A DNA stretch of 60,767 nt from a virus (lineage: Duplodnaviria; Caudoviricetes), in IMG/VR virus record IMGVR_UViG_3300033993_001964, positions 1 through 60,767 of that record, one strand, 5' to 3'. The translations under genes and the position numbers were made by a program. The notes below the pieces were generated by a model. That model searched no databases and was not told the origin of the DNA. It was given only the letters and a program-made list of their open reading frames with translations. Each line of letters opens with the position of its first letter. Positions within the stretch are counted from its first letter, which is position 1. Positions 8,162 through 18,713 of this stretch are shown piece after piece.

Positions 8162-10678
8162 TTACGGCCCGCCGGTCGTCATGTCTGGAGTGAACGCCTG
8201 TGGTGCAGGTTGCGCGGCCTGCTGTTCACCGCCGCCAATCCGCTGCGCTTCCTGTGGTTGATTAGCTTTCAGCCAGTTGAGTGCGTCGGCTTCGGTGACG
8301 CCGAGATTCTGCACGCAGTTATTGATGAACTGCCTGCCGTACTTCTCCGTGCTTGCTGGCGTTGTGCCTTCCCATTCGTTTCGCATGCACTCCTGCATGA
8401 CGGGGTGTGCTGCGCTCGCACCTGGCTGCCGCATGAATTGACGCGCAAACACACGACGACTCTCGGTTGGCTTCATGCCTGCCGCCGTACCGACACGCTC
8501 GGCTTCCTTGACGGCCCCAATACCAGGCTGCTGCAATGCGCCTGCCGCGACTGGTGCGATCATCGCGTCCACTGCCTGGATGGCGTTTTGCTGCGGTTGC
8601 TCCCGGCCCTTAGGGAAGTCCGCTTGCTGCTGGTCGATGTCGAGCTTCCTGTCGCGAGCGGCTCGGGAGTCCGCGATGCCAGCCTCCTGCGCCTGCAGCT
8701 CCATTACCCGGTTGGCCTCGTCCGCCATGCCGTACATGCGGTACACGGCAGCCTGCGCCGCAGGGTCGTCGCCGGCATCTCGCATCGCAGATGCGAACAC
8801 TCCGCGATTAATCTCGGGGTCTTCCATCTGATACTGCATGGCGCGCATCTTGCGTCGCTGCACCAGCATGGCGCGCTGTCCCTGAATCTCTGCACCTCGC
8901 AGCTTCTGACGTATGGCCTGGTAGGTATCCATGTCACCAGACGCAGCAGCGTCGAGCAGAGCAGTGTGCAGGTCAACTGGGTCGTTGAGCTCGCCGTCTT
9001 CGTTTTTGTCAATTGTGCTATTGACTGTTACGCCCTGCAGCGTGTCCGGCATGGGGTGACTTCCCATGTACTCATGCGTACGTCGGGTAAGGTCGCGGGT
9101 CTCTCGAGCCTTCTTTGCCTCAGGTGTTTCGGCGTACCGGTAAGGATTGTCTGGATTGTCGCTGGCTACGATGCGCTGCTTGCCGGACGCTCCGTCGACC
9201 CCAACGCGGCGCTGATGTTCGCGAACCATGCGCTTCGCTTCGTGCAGCGCCATGCCCTGACCGCGCGGCGTGTTGTCGAACTTTGACAGGTCCAGGCCCA
9301 TCTGGTGAGCTGCGAACAGGATGATGTCCTTCTCGCGCCCGGTGTGCTCCGGTGCGTCAACGTCAACGCCCTGCAGGATATCGTTGGTGCTCGGGGCAGG
9401 TGCTGCGCGGGGGCCCATAGCGCCGTCGAACGTGTCAACGTGCTGAGGCAGGCGGCGAGGTGCGCCAGTGTCGATGTCTTCCATCGGCGAGCGCGGAGTG
9501 CCGTTCGGCTTACCTGGCCCCTGGTCGTAATCACTGCGAGGCTGCGTGCGGTTGGGGGGCATTAGCTGAGTGCCCTTGCGCCCCATGCCGCCACGAGTGC
9601 CGCGAGACAAACCAACGACCTCAGGCTGGGATGCGGCCAGCCGCTGCCCCGACACGGTCATGGCCTGGAGCCGTTCCTCCGGCGGCATGTCGGAGAAGTT
9701 GGCGTTCAAGGAGTCTGGCGGCAGGGAATCAAGGGCTTCTGCTGCCGCCGGATCGGCCGCCCTTACCTTCTCCAGCGTGACGTCAACTGACTCCTGGATC
9801 TCCTCAAGCGTCTGGCCGCCAGTGGCTTCGAGGTCAGGGCGTGGCTGCTTGGGCTCTGCGGCTGCCAGCCTGGCCTGGAGTGGCTGGTTGCCGGTGTCGA
9901 TGGCGTGGTCCATCTGGGACTGCCATGCCTGATGCTCAGCCCACCATGCCTCCTGAGCGGCTCTGGCGCGCTCTGTGGCGCGCTTCTGGCCGAGAGCCTC
10001 TCTTCGTCCCTTCTGTTCTTTCCGGCCCTGAGCAACGTCTCCGGCTCGCTGCTTGGCCTTAGCGGCCATGTCGTCGGAGTCGTCCTGTGCGCTCTCTGGG
10101 GTGACCGCCTGGTCTTCTCGGCGCTGCTCGGTCATTTCCTGACGCTGCCGCTGCATGGTGGCTGCGGGGGTTTCGCCACCTTCGGCCAGCACTACGCCGG
10201 AATCGCCCTGACGGGCAGGAGATCTCATCGGGCCGGAGGCTGGTGCTTCAGTTCGGGCGGCGTTTGCCTCTCGCTCAGTTGCAGCCTTCTCGGCAGCCAA
10301 TGACCTTTGACGCTCTACGGCGGACATGGCATTTCTGGCCGCCTCGCCACGAGATGCGCCAGCAACCCTCTGCTGCATCGGGTTTGGCAGTCCCGCAGTC
10401 GGCTCGGATGGCCTGGCTGAAGACGGGGCGGATGGGATGCCAGGAAGAGTCAGCCCCTCGTCTTGCGTCTCCGGCAGCTGAACCGCTCCTGGCGGGAGCA
10501 TGCCTGGAGGACTGGCTGCGGCTCGGGCGTCGAGCGCTTCACCGCTGAGGCCGCCCGGAAGCTCAAGGCTTGGGACCATAGACTCGTCCTGCGCCTCCCC
10601 GTAGCGGTCGGTCGGCCCATTAACGATGCGGCGCAGCTCACGCAGACGATCCTGGCTGCTCATTTCTACGGGGGGCAT
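8162..10678 (-). CDS. Large low-complexity protein, probable internal virion protein
   Basis: 838 aa ORF, Ala/Pro/Gln/Glu-rich, closely spaced between two other giant genes. Confidence 0.5.
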   Translation of the reverse strand: MPPVEMSSQDRLRELRRIVNGPTDRYGEAQDESMVPSLELPGGLSGEALDARAAASPPGMLPPGAVQLPETQDEGLTLPGIPSAPSSARPSEPTAGLPNPMQQRVAGASRGEAARNAMSAVERQRSLAAEKAATEREANAARTEAPASGPMRSPARQGDSGVVLAEGGETPAATMQRQRQEMTEQRREDQAVTPESAQDDSDDMAAKAKQRAGDVAQGRKEQKGRREALGQKRATERARAAQEAWWAEHQAWQSQMDHAIDTGNQPLQARLAAAEPKQPRPDLEATGGQTLEEIQESVDVTLEKVRAADPAAAEALDSLPPDSLNANFSDMPPEERLQAMTVSGQRLAASQPEVVGLSRGTRGGMGRKGTQLMPPNRTQPRSDYDQGPGKPNGTPRSPMEDIDTGAPRRLPQHVDTFDGAMGPRAAPAPSTNDILQGVDVDAPEHTGREKDIILFAAHQMGLDLSKFDNTPRGQGMALHEAKRMVREHQRRVGVDGASGKQRIVASDNPDNPYRYAETPEAKKARETRDLTRRTHEYMGSHPMPDTLQGVTVNSTIDKNEDGELNDPVDLHTALLDAAASGDMDTYQAIRQKLRGAEIQGQRAMLVQRRKMRAMQYQMEDPEINRGVFASAMRDAGDDPAAQAAVYRMYGMADEANRVMELQAQEAGIADSRAARDRKLDIDQQQADFPKGREQPQQNAIQAVDAMIAPVAAGALQQPGIGAVKEAERVGTAAGMKPTESRRVFARQFMRQPGASAAHPVMQECMRNEWEGTTPASTEKYGRQFINNCVQNLGVTEADALNWLKANQPQEAQRIGGGEQQAAQPAPQAFTPDMTTGGP

Positions 10679-10685
10679 TCTTCAC

Positions 10686-13600
10686 CTACCAGGGAACTGG
10701 GTTCATGGGGGTCATTAGCGTGTATCGGCGCTGGCGCGCCCGGCGAACTTGGTCGCCGACGGTCTCACTACTCTGATTTGTGTCCTCTTCGGGGCTGCCG
10801 GAAAGCCCGAAATCGCCGGCCATAGCCTCAGAGTCCTCGTCGCCGCCGAGAAGTCCGTATGCACCGCCGGCGCTGGCAATGGCTGCCAGGCCGATGTTGC
10901 GGCGGGTCTTGGCCCTGCGCACCTTGTCGGCCTTGTCCTTGAGGGCGACGTCCTTGTCCACCTGGCGCTGCATGTTCTCCAGGTCTTCCTTTGACCTGGC
11001 TGTCGGGCCCTCTACAACGCCCGCAGTACGCCCGGACGGCTTCGCTTCGGCGGCGTCGACCGACTCCTGGTGTGGGTTCGTGTCCTCTACGAAGGCCTCG
11101 CCCTCGTACGTCTGCCGCCTGTTGACGCCGGCGCCGTTGTAGAACTCGTCGTCCGAGACCGCCTCTTCGGCCTGGCGCTTCGGCTTTTGGCCGATGATCG
11201 GAACCTCCTCAAACGACTGATTCACTCCTCGCAGGTCTCTGGTCTGCACGGAGGATGCGCGCCTGACCTGGATCGGCGTACCGGTTTCGTCAAAGTCGAC
11301 CGCCGCAAGGCCGGCTTCTGGTGATCCGAGACGAAGACGCCCTTCTCCGAGCTGTTCGGCGTCGATTCGCCTGCCGTTCAGCTGTTTGCTAACGGTGACT
11401 TCCTTCATGCTGCCGTCAGGCTGCGATGCCATGTACGTCTGCTTGATGGTGATGATGGAGGACGGGCGGCCGTCCTTGTCCGTGCCGTTCGTGACGGAGA
11501 TTTGCGGAGGGCCCTTTGGTGTAGCGCCAGATGGCTTCGCACTAGAAGAGAGTCGGCGCTGCTCAGACTCGGCAATGCGAGCCACTGCCGTCTGTCGCTG
11601 CTTAGGCCGCATGGCCACAAGGCGCTGCGACAACAACTCAGCGTCCGACATATCTTGCGCAGAAGCTGAGTCGGGCGAGATGCCGCGCAGGCGCAGGATC
11701 GCTGCAACGCGATCGTCCTCAGGAAGCTGGTCGACAGTGTCGGCAAACTCCGCCACGCTTCGAGCAAACTTGGCAGACTCCGTCTCCTCTGAGCCATCAA
11801 GCCTTCCTGACAGCCAGTTCTTCAGCTGGTCCGCCTGATCAGACGGAACTTCTATAGAGCCGGCAAAGCCCTTAGGTAGCTCAAGGTCAGTCGCTTCCGA
11901 TAGCGATACGGGCTTAAACGCAGGAGTGCGCGGCTGTCGACCCTGCGACGGCTGCGGTTCAGCGGCCGGAAGAATGTCAGACTCCTGGAATCCGAGAGGG
12001 CCTTGCTCAACGCTGGGCGGCGTGTAGTCGGCGTCCGGCTGCTGCATGCGCCTGGCCAGATGGCCTACTCGCGCCTCCAGTTCGCTATCAAAGCGCGACA
12101 TGTCCGTGCCAGAGACGGATGCATGGTCGGCTGCGTTCTGCCTGGCGGTGTTGATGTTTGCGGAGATGCGATCCAGCTCGCCGCCCTTAGCGGAGTAGAT
12201 CTCTTCGCGAGTGGGCAGTGTGCTGATCAGGTACTCGTTGGCGTCGACGTCCTTAGGCTCTGCCGGCGCGGCTGGTGCGTTGGGATCCAGGCCTGTAATG
12301 ACACGGCCGGCTTGAGACATGGCGTCCGTGACGCGCTGGATAGCCTGGCGAAGTGGGCTCATCGGCTTCGGCGGCCCGGCAACTTCCTGCACGGGCTTCG
12401 GCAGGATTCGAGCAGGACCGGACGCGACGATGCCCATGTCGCGAACTGCGTCGCTGGCGGCCTGGCGCAGAGCCTCCGGAGTGGAGCCATCTAATGCGCT
12501 GTCTTCAACCAGACCGCCTTCTTGATCAACAGCGCCACGCTGAGCCTGAGCAAACTCTAGGCGGCGAATGAGGGCGTCGTAGATGATGTCTTCAGCGGAG
12601 CCCAGACGACCGTCGGCAGCAAGCTTCTTCAGGTTTTCCAGTCCGTCCGACAGGTCGTTACCGCTGACCCGCTCAGAGAACATCTCTCGCAGGGCGGCAA
12701 CCCGATCTGCCGGAGACTCTGCGGTCATGAAGCGACGAAGAAGGCGGTTCTGGTTTACTCCAGACGGCTCGAGCAAGTTAATGCCACCGGCCTTGCGGTT
12801 GTATCGCTCACGCATGCCGTCGCCGAACGAGCGCTGCACCATCGCCTGCATCTCGGACTCGAGCTGCGCCCTCTCGGCCGGGTCGGTGGCGGCGTCTACT
12901 CGCGCCTGCAGCTCGCGCACGTCGTCAACTGCGGACTCCGAGACGCCACCTTCGTGAGTGTCAAAGTCACGGAACACAATCGGCATGACCGGCGAGCGCG
13001 CCGACCGTGCGCCTTCTTGCTTGGCCCAGTTGGACGCAAGCACTTCCCTAACTACCGCATTCCTAGCGTCGGCGGACATAGCAGGCCGCACGCCAAGAGC
13101 TGAGGTGGTTGCTTGACTGCCAGCAAACTGCCTGTCGGCAGCACGCTCGGCCTCTGCAGCCTCCGCCTCGCCTCGTGGGTTCTGGGTGCGCGGCCCGGCC
13201 TCAGTCGACATGCCGTTGACGTCGATGACAGTAGTGGCTTCGTTCTGCGCCTGCATTGCGTCGCTCGCAAAGGCGGCGTCGTCTTTAGCCTGATCAAGCC
13301 CACCCCTAACCTCGCGCCGCTGGGGCGCCAGCTGCTCGGACTGCGCCTTGAGCGTCTCGTACTGCTTCTGCGCAGGCTCGAACATCACGTCAAGCTCGCC
13401 ACGAGAAGCGTTGAGGATCTGAGCCTGCATCTCTTTCGGCAGCCGGGTGAACGGCCGGAACGTCATGATGCGAGCTTGCGGCGCCATCGTGCGCTGCTGA
13501 CCAGTCCAGGGATTGATGTTAGTGGACGGATCGGCGGCCTTGTCTACGTACTGCCTCATCATGTCGATGGAGTACGCGAAGTCGTCGGCAAGCTGCTTCT

Positions 13601-16274
13601 GTTCGTCCAGCTGCCGAGATCCCTGCGCCGCGCCTCGAAGCGTGGTCTGCGCATCGCGGGCCTGTCGGGCGATTTCGTCCAGCGGGGCCACGCGAGAGCT
13701 CATCGGGCTGGCTGCCACAGGTGTGACGCCATCCGCAGCCGGGCCAGCTACCGCGCCATTGGAAAACGATTCCGACAGAGCGGTCGCCTGGTCGGCCAGA
13801 GCGCGCATCTGATCGTCGGGCATCGCGGCGTACTGCTGAATGCGCTCGTACGGCACGTCAGCAAACTCTGGCCTCTTTGCCAGAGACATCTCAACAGCTT
13901 CGGCGGAGTAGCCTCCGGTGGCTGCAGTCAGCCTGGCGCGCACGCCCAGCGCAATACTGAGCCTACGGGACTCTAGGGCCGCAGTCTCCGGAGACGAAAC
14001 GCCGGACACGTCGGACGCAGAGGCGGACGCAGGCGACCCCACGTCGATCGAGAACGGCTGCGGTGCAGCAAGGATCGGCTCCTGGATGCGAGACGCCCAC
14101 GAGCCAGGTTCGGTCTCAAATGCAAGCGCACCAGATCCAGCCATGCGAGAAGCAGGAGACCCTCCGAACATCCCGCGCAGGCGATCAAGAAGCGACAAAT
14201 CAGGAGACGCCGGCTCGGGGGCCATGTCCATCATGATGGACGACATGGGCTCGCTGGGGACGGGGTCGTCAAACACTTGTGCGCCACCCCCCGCAGCGGC
14301 GTCAACGACCATAGATGGCCCTGCGCCGGCTTCGACCTTAGTGGGAGGGGTGGATCCGTACCTGGCAAGTCGAGTGCGCACGCCGCCCCAATCGACTCCC
14401 TGCGGGGGAGCCTCCGGATCCACAGACTGCGTCACGTCCATAGCGCCAGACCCAACAGTGGACCCAGCGTTAGCTTCGAACGACCCTGCTTGCGGCGGCG
14501 CCGACTCAGGAACCATCGACTTGGCGCGCTTGTAGAGGTCGTACCCCTCAGAGAAGGCGCCGACAAAGCGATCGACGATTGCGCTCTGGGCCGGATTTAG
14601 CGAGGCAGCTGCGAGCAGCTCTTGCTCAGGCATTGAGGCATAGGCGTCTATCTCTGCGGGGGTCTCGTTGGCGAAGGCTGGGTGCTGCTCGAGGTATCCG
14701 GCGACCATATCCGGACTCTCGGCGCCATCCATGCTCTGGCTGACGATCCTCTGCCGAATCTCTGCTGCCGCCGTCGCCTTTCGCTGGCGGCGCATAAGGT
14801 CCATTGCGACCTGCGCCGTGTCTGCGTCGCCTTTGCCTGCAACTACCATTGCCTGAGCAAACCGGTCGCCGCCACCGGACGTCTCAAGGATGTTCAGCGA
14901 GTCGAGCGTCTGCCGAAGCAGCTGCGGATTCGGAAGGTCAGCGTCAGTATTGAGCGTCTCGAGAAGACGACGACCAGACACCTCAACGAACGACGGGTCG
15001 GTAGAGCCTGGTCGCGGGCCAACAATGTCCGGGCCGGTGACCGGCGTGTAGCCCTGCGTCTCCAGCAGGTCGCGAACAGCCGCTTCGGACATGAGCCTGC
15101 CGTTGGCAGGATCCATCGGATCGACCGCCTGGTAGGTGCCGTCCGGCCTGGCCAGCAGATATATTCGGTCGGTGTTGTCTCCGCCAGACCCGCGCTGCAA
15201 GACAGTTAGCTCGCGAGAAAAGTCCGTCGTGCCTGCGCCAGCCTCGTCTACCGCTGACGCGTAAAACCTAGAGCGCCCAAGAATTGGACGGTAGGCGCTT
15301 CGCTTGGCGTTGGTTGGGTTGTAGATCTGCGATCGCATGCGCGGCTCTGACGTGGCGCCGCCGCTTGGGCTGTTGGTGGAAGGAATCTCAAACCCGTAGC
15401 TGTCCAGCATCGGCTTGCCGGTAGTCGGATCTACCTGCACGACTGGTTCGGTGATGTAGGGCTTGGTTGCCGCAACCGTTAGCCGCTCAAGCGGAGGAGC
15501 TGGCATGTCCACCGCAGCGACGCCGTTGCCCGTCGCTATTTCTGGAAGGGCCGGACCGCCAAGCTGTCGTGGCGGGGTGCCCGGCTGGGATCCTGGCTCC
15601 CCGCTTGCATATCTGGGCGCACCTCTGAGGCGGCCAGCAAGGGTGGAGTCGCCAATGACGCGGCCACGATCATCAATCTGGCCCTCAAGATCGTTTGGCT
15701 CGCCGGCCATCCTGGCGCTGGCTGCCGCCCGATCGCCGATCTGCTGGTTGACGATCGCGTTGACGATCTGCTGCCTGTACTGGCGCTCGTTGCCGGAGTT
15801 GACAATGCCGTACTTGGCGGCCAGCTGGTCAATCACCTCGTACATGGCACCGTCTTCGGCCGCCCTGTCGAGCAGGTTGTATCCCGCGAACACGTTGTCG
15901 GTGAACTTGCCGTCAGCGTCCGCCGTCGGTGTCACGCTTTCCAGGATGCTGCGTTCAAGCTGTGCCTGAAGTGAGTATGCGGCCCTGTCGTCGAGCTGCG
16001 TTTTCAGAGCCGGCCGTTCACTGCTGCTCCAGCGCTGGCGCGCCGGCCCTGTTGGGGCAGTGTCTATCGTGTACGCCGACCCGTCCGCGAGCTGCCTGAC
16101 TGCGCCCCGCACGCTTTCGCCTGGAGCGGCCTGCTGACCAAGACGCTGGGCCCTTCGCTGCTTGGCCAGCTCAAGCTCGGCGTTCAGCCGTGCGGCTGAG
16201 TCCGCAGCGGCACCTCCGGACACTCCGCGATAGCCGGCCACCAGTCCACTAAGCAGCTCTCCAAATGTCGCCAT
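10686..16274 (-). CDS. Very large (1862 aa) probable internal virion/ejection protein
   Basis: Uninterrupted 5.6 kb ORF, Ala-rich and probably helical/disordered, hydrophobic Gly/Ala stretch near the C-terminus (IGLAAIASAGGAYGLLG); no enzyme motif recognised. Confidence 0.5.
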   Translation of the reverse strand: MATFGELLSGLVAGYRGVSGGAAADSAARLNAELELAKQRRAQRLGQQAAPGESVRGAVRQLADGSAYTIDTAPTGPARQRWSSSERPALKTQLDDRAAYSLQAQLERSILESVTPTADADGKFTDNVFAGYNLLDRAAEDGAMYEVIDQLAAKYGIVNSGNERQYRQQIVNAIVNQQIGDRAAASARMAGEPNDLEGQIDDRGRVIGDSTLAGRLRGAPRYASGEPGSQPGTPPRQLGGPALPEIATGNGVAAVDMPAPPLERLTVAATKPYITEPVVQVDPTTGKPMLDSYGFEIPSTNSPSGGATSEPRMRSQIYNPTNAKRSAYRPILGRSRFYASAVDEAGAGTTDFSRELTVLQRGSGGDNTDRIYLLARPDGTYQAVDPMDPANGRLMSEAAVRDLLETQGYTPVTGPDIVGPRPGSTDPSFVEVSGRRLLETLNTDADLPNPQLLRQTLDSLNILETSGGGDRFAQAMVVAGKGDADTAQVAMDLMRRQRKATAAAEIRQRIVSQSMDGAESPDMVAGYLEQHPAFANETPAEIDAYASMPEQELLAAASLNPAQSAIVDRFVGAFSEGYDLYKRAKSMVPESAPPQAGSFEANAGSTVGSGAMDVTQSVDPEAPPQGVDWGGVRTRLARYGSTPPTKVEAGAGPSMVVDAAAGGGAQVFDDPVPSEPMSSIMMDMAPEPASPDLSLLDRLRGMFGGSPASRMAGSGALAFETEPGSWASRIQEPILAAPQPFSIDVGSPASASASDVSGVSSPETAALESRRLSIALGVRARLTAATGGYSAEAVEMSLAKRPEFADVPYERIQQYAAMPDDQMRALADQATALSESFSNGAVAGPAADGVTPVAASPMSSRVAPLDEIARQARDAQTTLRGAAQGSRQLDEQKQLADDFAYSIDMMRQYVDKAADPSTNINPWTGQQRTMAPQARIMTFRPFTRLPKEMQAQILNASRGELDVMFEPAQKQYETLKAQSEQLAPQRREVRGGLDQAKDDAAFASDAMQAQNEATTVIDVNGMSTEAGPRTQNPRGEAEAAEAERAADRQFAGSQATTSALGVRPAMSADARNAVVREVLASNWAKQEGARSARSPVMPIVFRDFDTHEGGVSESAVDDVRELQARVDAATDPAERAQLESEMQAMVQRSFGDGMRERYNRKAGGINLLEPSGVNQNRLLRRFMTAESPADRVAALREMFSERVSGNDLSDGLENLKKLAADGRLGSAEDIIYDALIRRLEFAQAQRGAVDQEGGLVEDSALDGSTPEALRQAASDAVRDMGIVASGPARILPKPVQEVAGPPKPMSPLRQAIQRVTDAMSQAGRVITGLDPNAPAAPAEPKDVDANEYLISTLPTREEIYSAKGGELDRISANINTARQNAADHASVSGTDMSRFDSELEARVGHLARRMQQPDADYTPPSVEQGPLGFQESDILPAAEPQPSQGRQPRTPAFKPVSLSEATDLELPKGFAGSIEVPSDQADQLKNWLSGRLDGSEETESAKFARSVAEFADTVDQLPEDDRVAAILRLRGISPDSASAQDMSDAELLSQRLVAMRPKQRQTAVARIAESEQRRLSSSAKPSGATPKGPPQISVTNGTDKDGRPSSIITIKQTYMASQPDGSMKEVTVSKQLNGRRIDAEQLGEGRLRLGSPEAGLAAVDFDETGTPIQVRRASSVQTRDLRGVNQSFEEVPIIGQKPKRQAEEAVSDDEFYNGAGVNRRQTYEGEAFVEDTNPHQESVDAAEAKPSGRTAGVVEGPTARSKEDLENMQRQVDKDVALKDKADKVRRAKTRRNIGLAAIASAGGAYGLLGGDEDSEAMAGDFGLSGSPEEDTNQSSETVGDQVRRARQRRYTLMTPMNPVPW

Positions 16275-16298
16275 AGCTGTGTCCCTTTACCGTCGAGG

Positions 16299-16604
16299 CT
16301 ACGACGACTTCTTCTTCTTCGCGAGCTTATCTCCGATGCCTGGAGGCAGATCGTCCTTGGTGACTGCTACCTTCGGCGAAGCGCCGCGCTGCTCCTCTGC
16401 AGCGTTGGAGAGCTTCTCGCGCTCCTCTTCGGCTGCATCCTCGTCATCAGCAAGCATGTCCTCTGGGTCGCAACCCTCTTCGTCGCAGTCGGCTTCGTCC
16501 ATCTTTTTCTTGGCGCGCTTGCCCATGCTGGCGCGAATGATCTTGCGAAGCAGCTTCGGCGGAAGCTCTTCAAGGTCCAGGTCCAGATCAAAGTTACTGC
16601 TCAC
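16299..16604 (-). CDS. Small acidic/basic hypothetical protein
   Basis: GTG start after GAGGAG RBS; fits the operon. Confidence 0.65.
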   Translation of the reverse strand: MSSNFDLDLDLEELPPKLLRKIIRASMGKRAKKKMDEADCDEEGCDPEDMLADDEDAAEEEREKLSNAAEEQRGASPKVAVTKDDLPPGIGDKLAKKKKSS

Positions 16605-16614
16605 GGTCTACTCC

Positions 16615-17136
16615 TCAGGAAAACAGGCTCTGCAACAGCGGGCTGTAGTCCAGGCCGATCTGATCCAGCCCAAACTGGCCACGACGAATGGCCTCGTAGA
16701 TGTTCTGACTCATTCCGCGCTTGGAGAGTTGCTCCATTGCGGCCGAGCTGCGCAGGCCTTCGAGCAGTCCGGAGTTGCCGGTGCGCTCGCGCTCGAGAGT
16801 GTTGGAGTAGGCGCGGTTCGCCTCCGAGTCAGCCATGCCAGCGTCCTGGCGAGACTTATTGACTGCAGCCTGTGCGTCAGACTGAGACGACGCCTCCGCC
16901 AGGTCGGCCGCATACTGCTGCCCCTTTCCGCGAGAGACGCCAGCTCGGTCCATGCTGGTGAGCGCAGCGCGCCCAGCGCCAGCGCCAGCCGCCATCTGAT
17001 TGTTCTCGAGGTCGCCGAGAGCCTTGTCGTTGACGGCAAGCGGCCGGAAGCCGGTGGATTTCTGCGCAGGCTTAGCAGCTGGGGGCGCAATGGCGGATGG
17101 CTGCTTGTAGCGCAGGCCGGAGTCTGAGCCGATCAT
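16615..17136 (-). CDS. Hypothetical virion (ejection-type) protein
   Basis: Ala/Gln-rich, coupled by TGATG overlap. Confidence 0.55.
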   Translation of the reverse strand: MIGSDSGLRYKQPSAIAPPAAKPAQKSTGFRPLAVNDKALGDLENNQMAAGAGAGRAALTSMDRAGVSRGKGQQYAADLAEASSQSDAQAAVNKSRQDAGMADSEANRAYSNTLERERTGNSGLLEGLRSSAAMEQLSKRGMSQNIYEAIRRGQFGLDQIGLDYSPLLQSLFS

Positions 17137-17492
17137 CAGTACCCCCTAGCTGCGGTATTTAGGAGGGCCTGCTGGAACGAGTTCCGCTTTTGTGCGTTGG
17201 CCTGCGCGTAGTTGTAGTTCATGCCCAGATCAAACACGGTGCGCTGATTGTCAAGCTGCCTGCCCGCAGTGCGCTCTTGAGCCTCATTGCCAGCTCGGGA
17301 GGCGTAGTTCTGCGCAGTCTGCTGGCGCTGCTGGCTATCCTGCTGCATCTGATCCACGCCGACCTGCTGCTGCTTCTGGGCCCGATCCATGCCAAGCTCG
17401 GCCCGGCGAGCCATCTGGCTGCCGCGCGCAAACGCGGAGACGTTCGGGTTCTTTGAAAGCCCAGAAAGCAGTCCGCCAGACGGCTGGTTCAT
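17136..17492 (-). CDS. Gln-rich hypothetical virion protein
   Basis: ATGA-coupled ORF, QQ-rich helical composition. Confidence 0.55.
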   Translation of the reverse strand: MNQPSGGLLSGLSKNPNVSAFARGSQMARRAELGMDRAQKQQQVGVDQMQQDSQQRQQTAQNYASRAGNEAQERTAGRQLDNQRTVFDLGMNYNYAQANAQKRNSFQQALLNTAARGY

Positions 17493-17806
17493 CGGCGGCC
17501 TCCAAGCCTGCGCGGACCGCCAAGAAGTCCAGCCAGGACGTTGCTTTTCTGCTGTTGAGCCTCACGAGCGGTCTGCGAGTCAAACTCCCGTCGCTGCTGC
17601 TCCCGCTGAAGCATGCTCTGCTCGTCTCTGTAACGCGAGGCTTCCTGCTGTTCGTACGGGTTGGGGCCGGAAGACGACTGCGCCATCTTCTCCCAGTTGG
17701 CTTTCATCTGAGATCCGGCGTCTTTGGCCGCGAGGCCGTACATGCCAGTGCTGGCCCGCTCGATCTCGTCGGGCTGCCACATCTTGATACTTTGCTGCCA
17801 GGCCAT
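17489..17806 (-). CDS. Gln-rich hypothetical virion protein
   Basis: RBS AGGGAG; coupled to the next gene. Confidence 0.55.
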   Translation of the reverse strand: MAWQQSIKMWQPDEIERASTGMYGLAAKDAGSQMKANWEKMAQSSSGPNPYEQQEASRYRDEQSMLQREQQRREFDSQTAREAQQQKSNVLAGLLGGPRRLGGRR

Positions 17807-17821
17807 TCTCTCGCTCCCTTG

Positions 17822-18238
17822 TCAGACGGTTACGGTTCCGGGCTTCTTTTTCGGGTCGTCGCCCGGCGCGCGTCGCGGCGCGTTCATGGACACATCGGTG
17901 ACCTGAGCCTCTTCGGCTGGCTTTGGCTCAGCGGCCGCAGGCTTGGTGGCTGTCAGCTTGGGCCCGTCCATGTCGGTAACCAGCTGAGAGGATTCGGCCT
18001 CGACCTTTACTGGGGTGATGCCAGAGATCGAGTCGCGCAGCGCCCTAATGCGCTTGCTGGCAGCCATAGCCGCCATGATGTCGCCCTCGTACAGGGCCTT
18101 GAGCTTCTGGTTGGTCATCTCCGAGATGGCGTCCTGGCGCTTCCGGATCTCCTGCTCGCCGCTAAAGTCATAGCGCTTGCTAGACGCCGAAGACGTCTTG
18201 CTGGACGGGAAGTCGACGCGGTATTGCTGGCCTGCCAT
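17822..18238 (-). CDS. Hypothetical protein
   Basis: RBS GAGGG; preceded by the GGGACATAAA motif. Confidence 0.6.
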   Translation of the reverse strand: MAGQQYRVDFPSSKTSSASSKRYDFSGEQEIRKRQDAISEMTNQKLKALYEGDIMAAMAASKRIRALRDSISGITPVKVEAESSQLVTDMDGPKLTATKPAAAEPKPAEEAQVTDVSMNAPRRAPGDDPKKKPGTVTV

Positions 18239-18248
18239 TGGGTGCCCT

Positions 18249-18713
18249 CTACCCGTTTATGTCCCCAGATGGCTCCCGGCGTGCGGATTTCCGGGCCCTC
18301 CTGATGGCAAGTTTGACCGCTTGCTCGGCGGCAAACCGCACAAACGGCAGGCCGCGACGGGTGGCCTCCTGCTCTAGCCATGCCAGAATCTCGGGCATTC
18401 TGCGCTCGCACTCATCGGGCCCCCACTCGTCCATCTGTTTTGCTCGTGCGTTACAAGAGCATGTAGGGGAGGAGGTGATCCCGATTAGTTTGAGAAGCCC
18501 CTTGAGTTCTGTGCCGGGACCAATGGCTGGCGGCACGTATTCAACGGCGGCGTGTGGAGGCGTGGCTGGGCGCACTCTCGGATAGGCGGGATGGTTCGTA
18601 TCCACCTCCACCCACACGTCATCGTATCTGTGAGTGATGGCGGACTCTGCTGCGTCGGGGTCAAACTTGCGGCCTGTGGCGGTAGCCCGCAAGCCAGAAA
18701 TAGTCATTCTCAT
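18249..18713 (-). CDS. Hypothetical protein with CxC motif, partner of the Cys-rich protein
   Basis: GPGTELKGLL...PTCSCNARAKQMDEWGPDEC; ATG 18713 overlaps upstream stop (ATGA). Confidence 0.65.
   Translation of the reverse strand: MRMTISGLRATATGRKFDPDAAESAITHRYDDVWVEVDTNHPAYPRVRPATPPHAAVEYVPPAIGPGTELKGLLKLIGITSSPTCSCNARAKQMDEWGPDECERRMPEILAWLEQEATRRGLPFVRFAAEQAVKLAIRRARKSARREPSGDING
18256..18265 (-). promoter_or_regulatory. GGGACATAAA motif, candidate late promoter (copy 1)
   Basis: Identical 10-mer also at 40874 and 60106, each shortly upstream of a minus-strand start codon. Confidence 0.45.

Noticed and set aside
8060-9286. 408 aa plus-strand ORF and similar long antisense ORFs (e.g. 17192-18304, 2217-3050)
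   Set aside because: Antisense to well-supported coupled genes; Arg/Leu-rich shadow composition
10686-16274. Virion RNA polymerase (N4- or crAss-like) for the hairpin motifs
   Set aside because: No DxDGD or T7-like polymerase motifs (DFDTH and DFDET do not fit); composition is low-complexity
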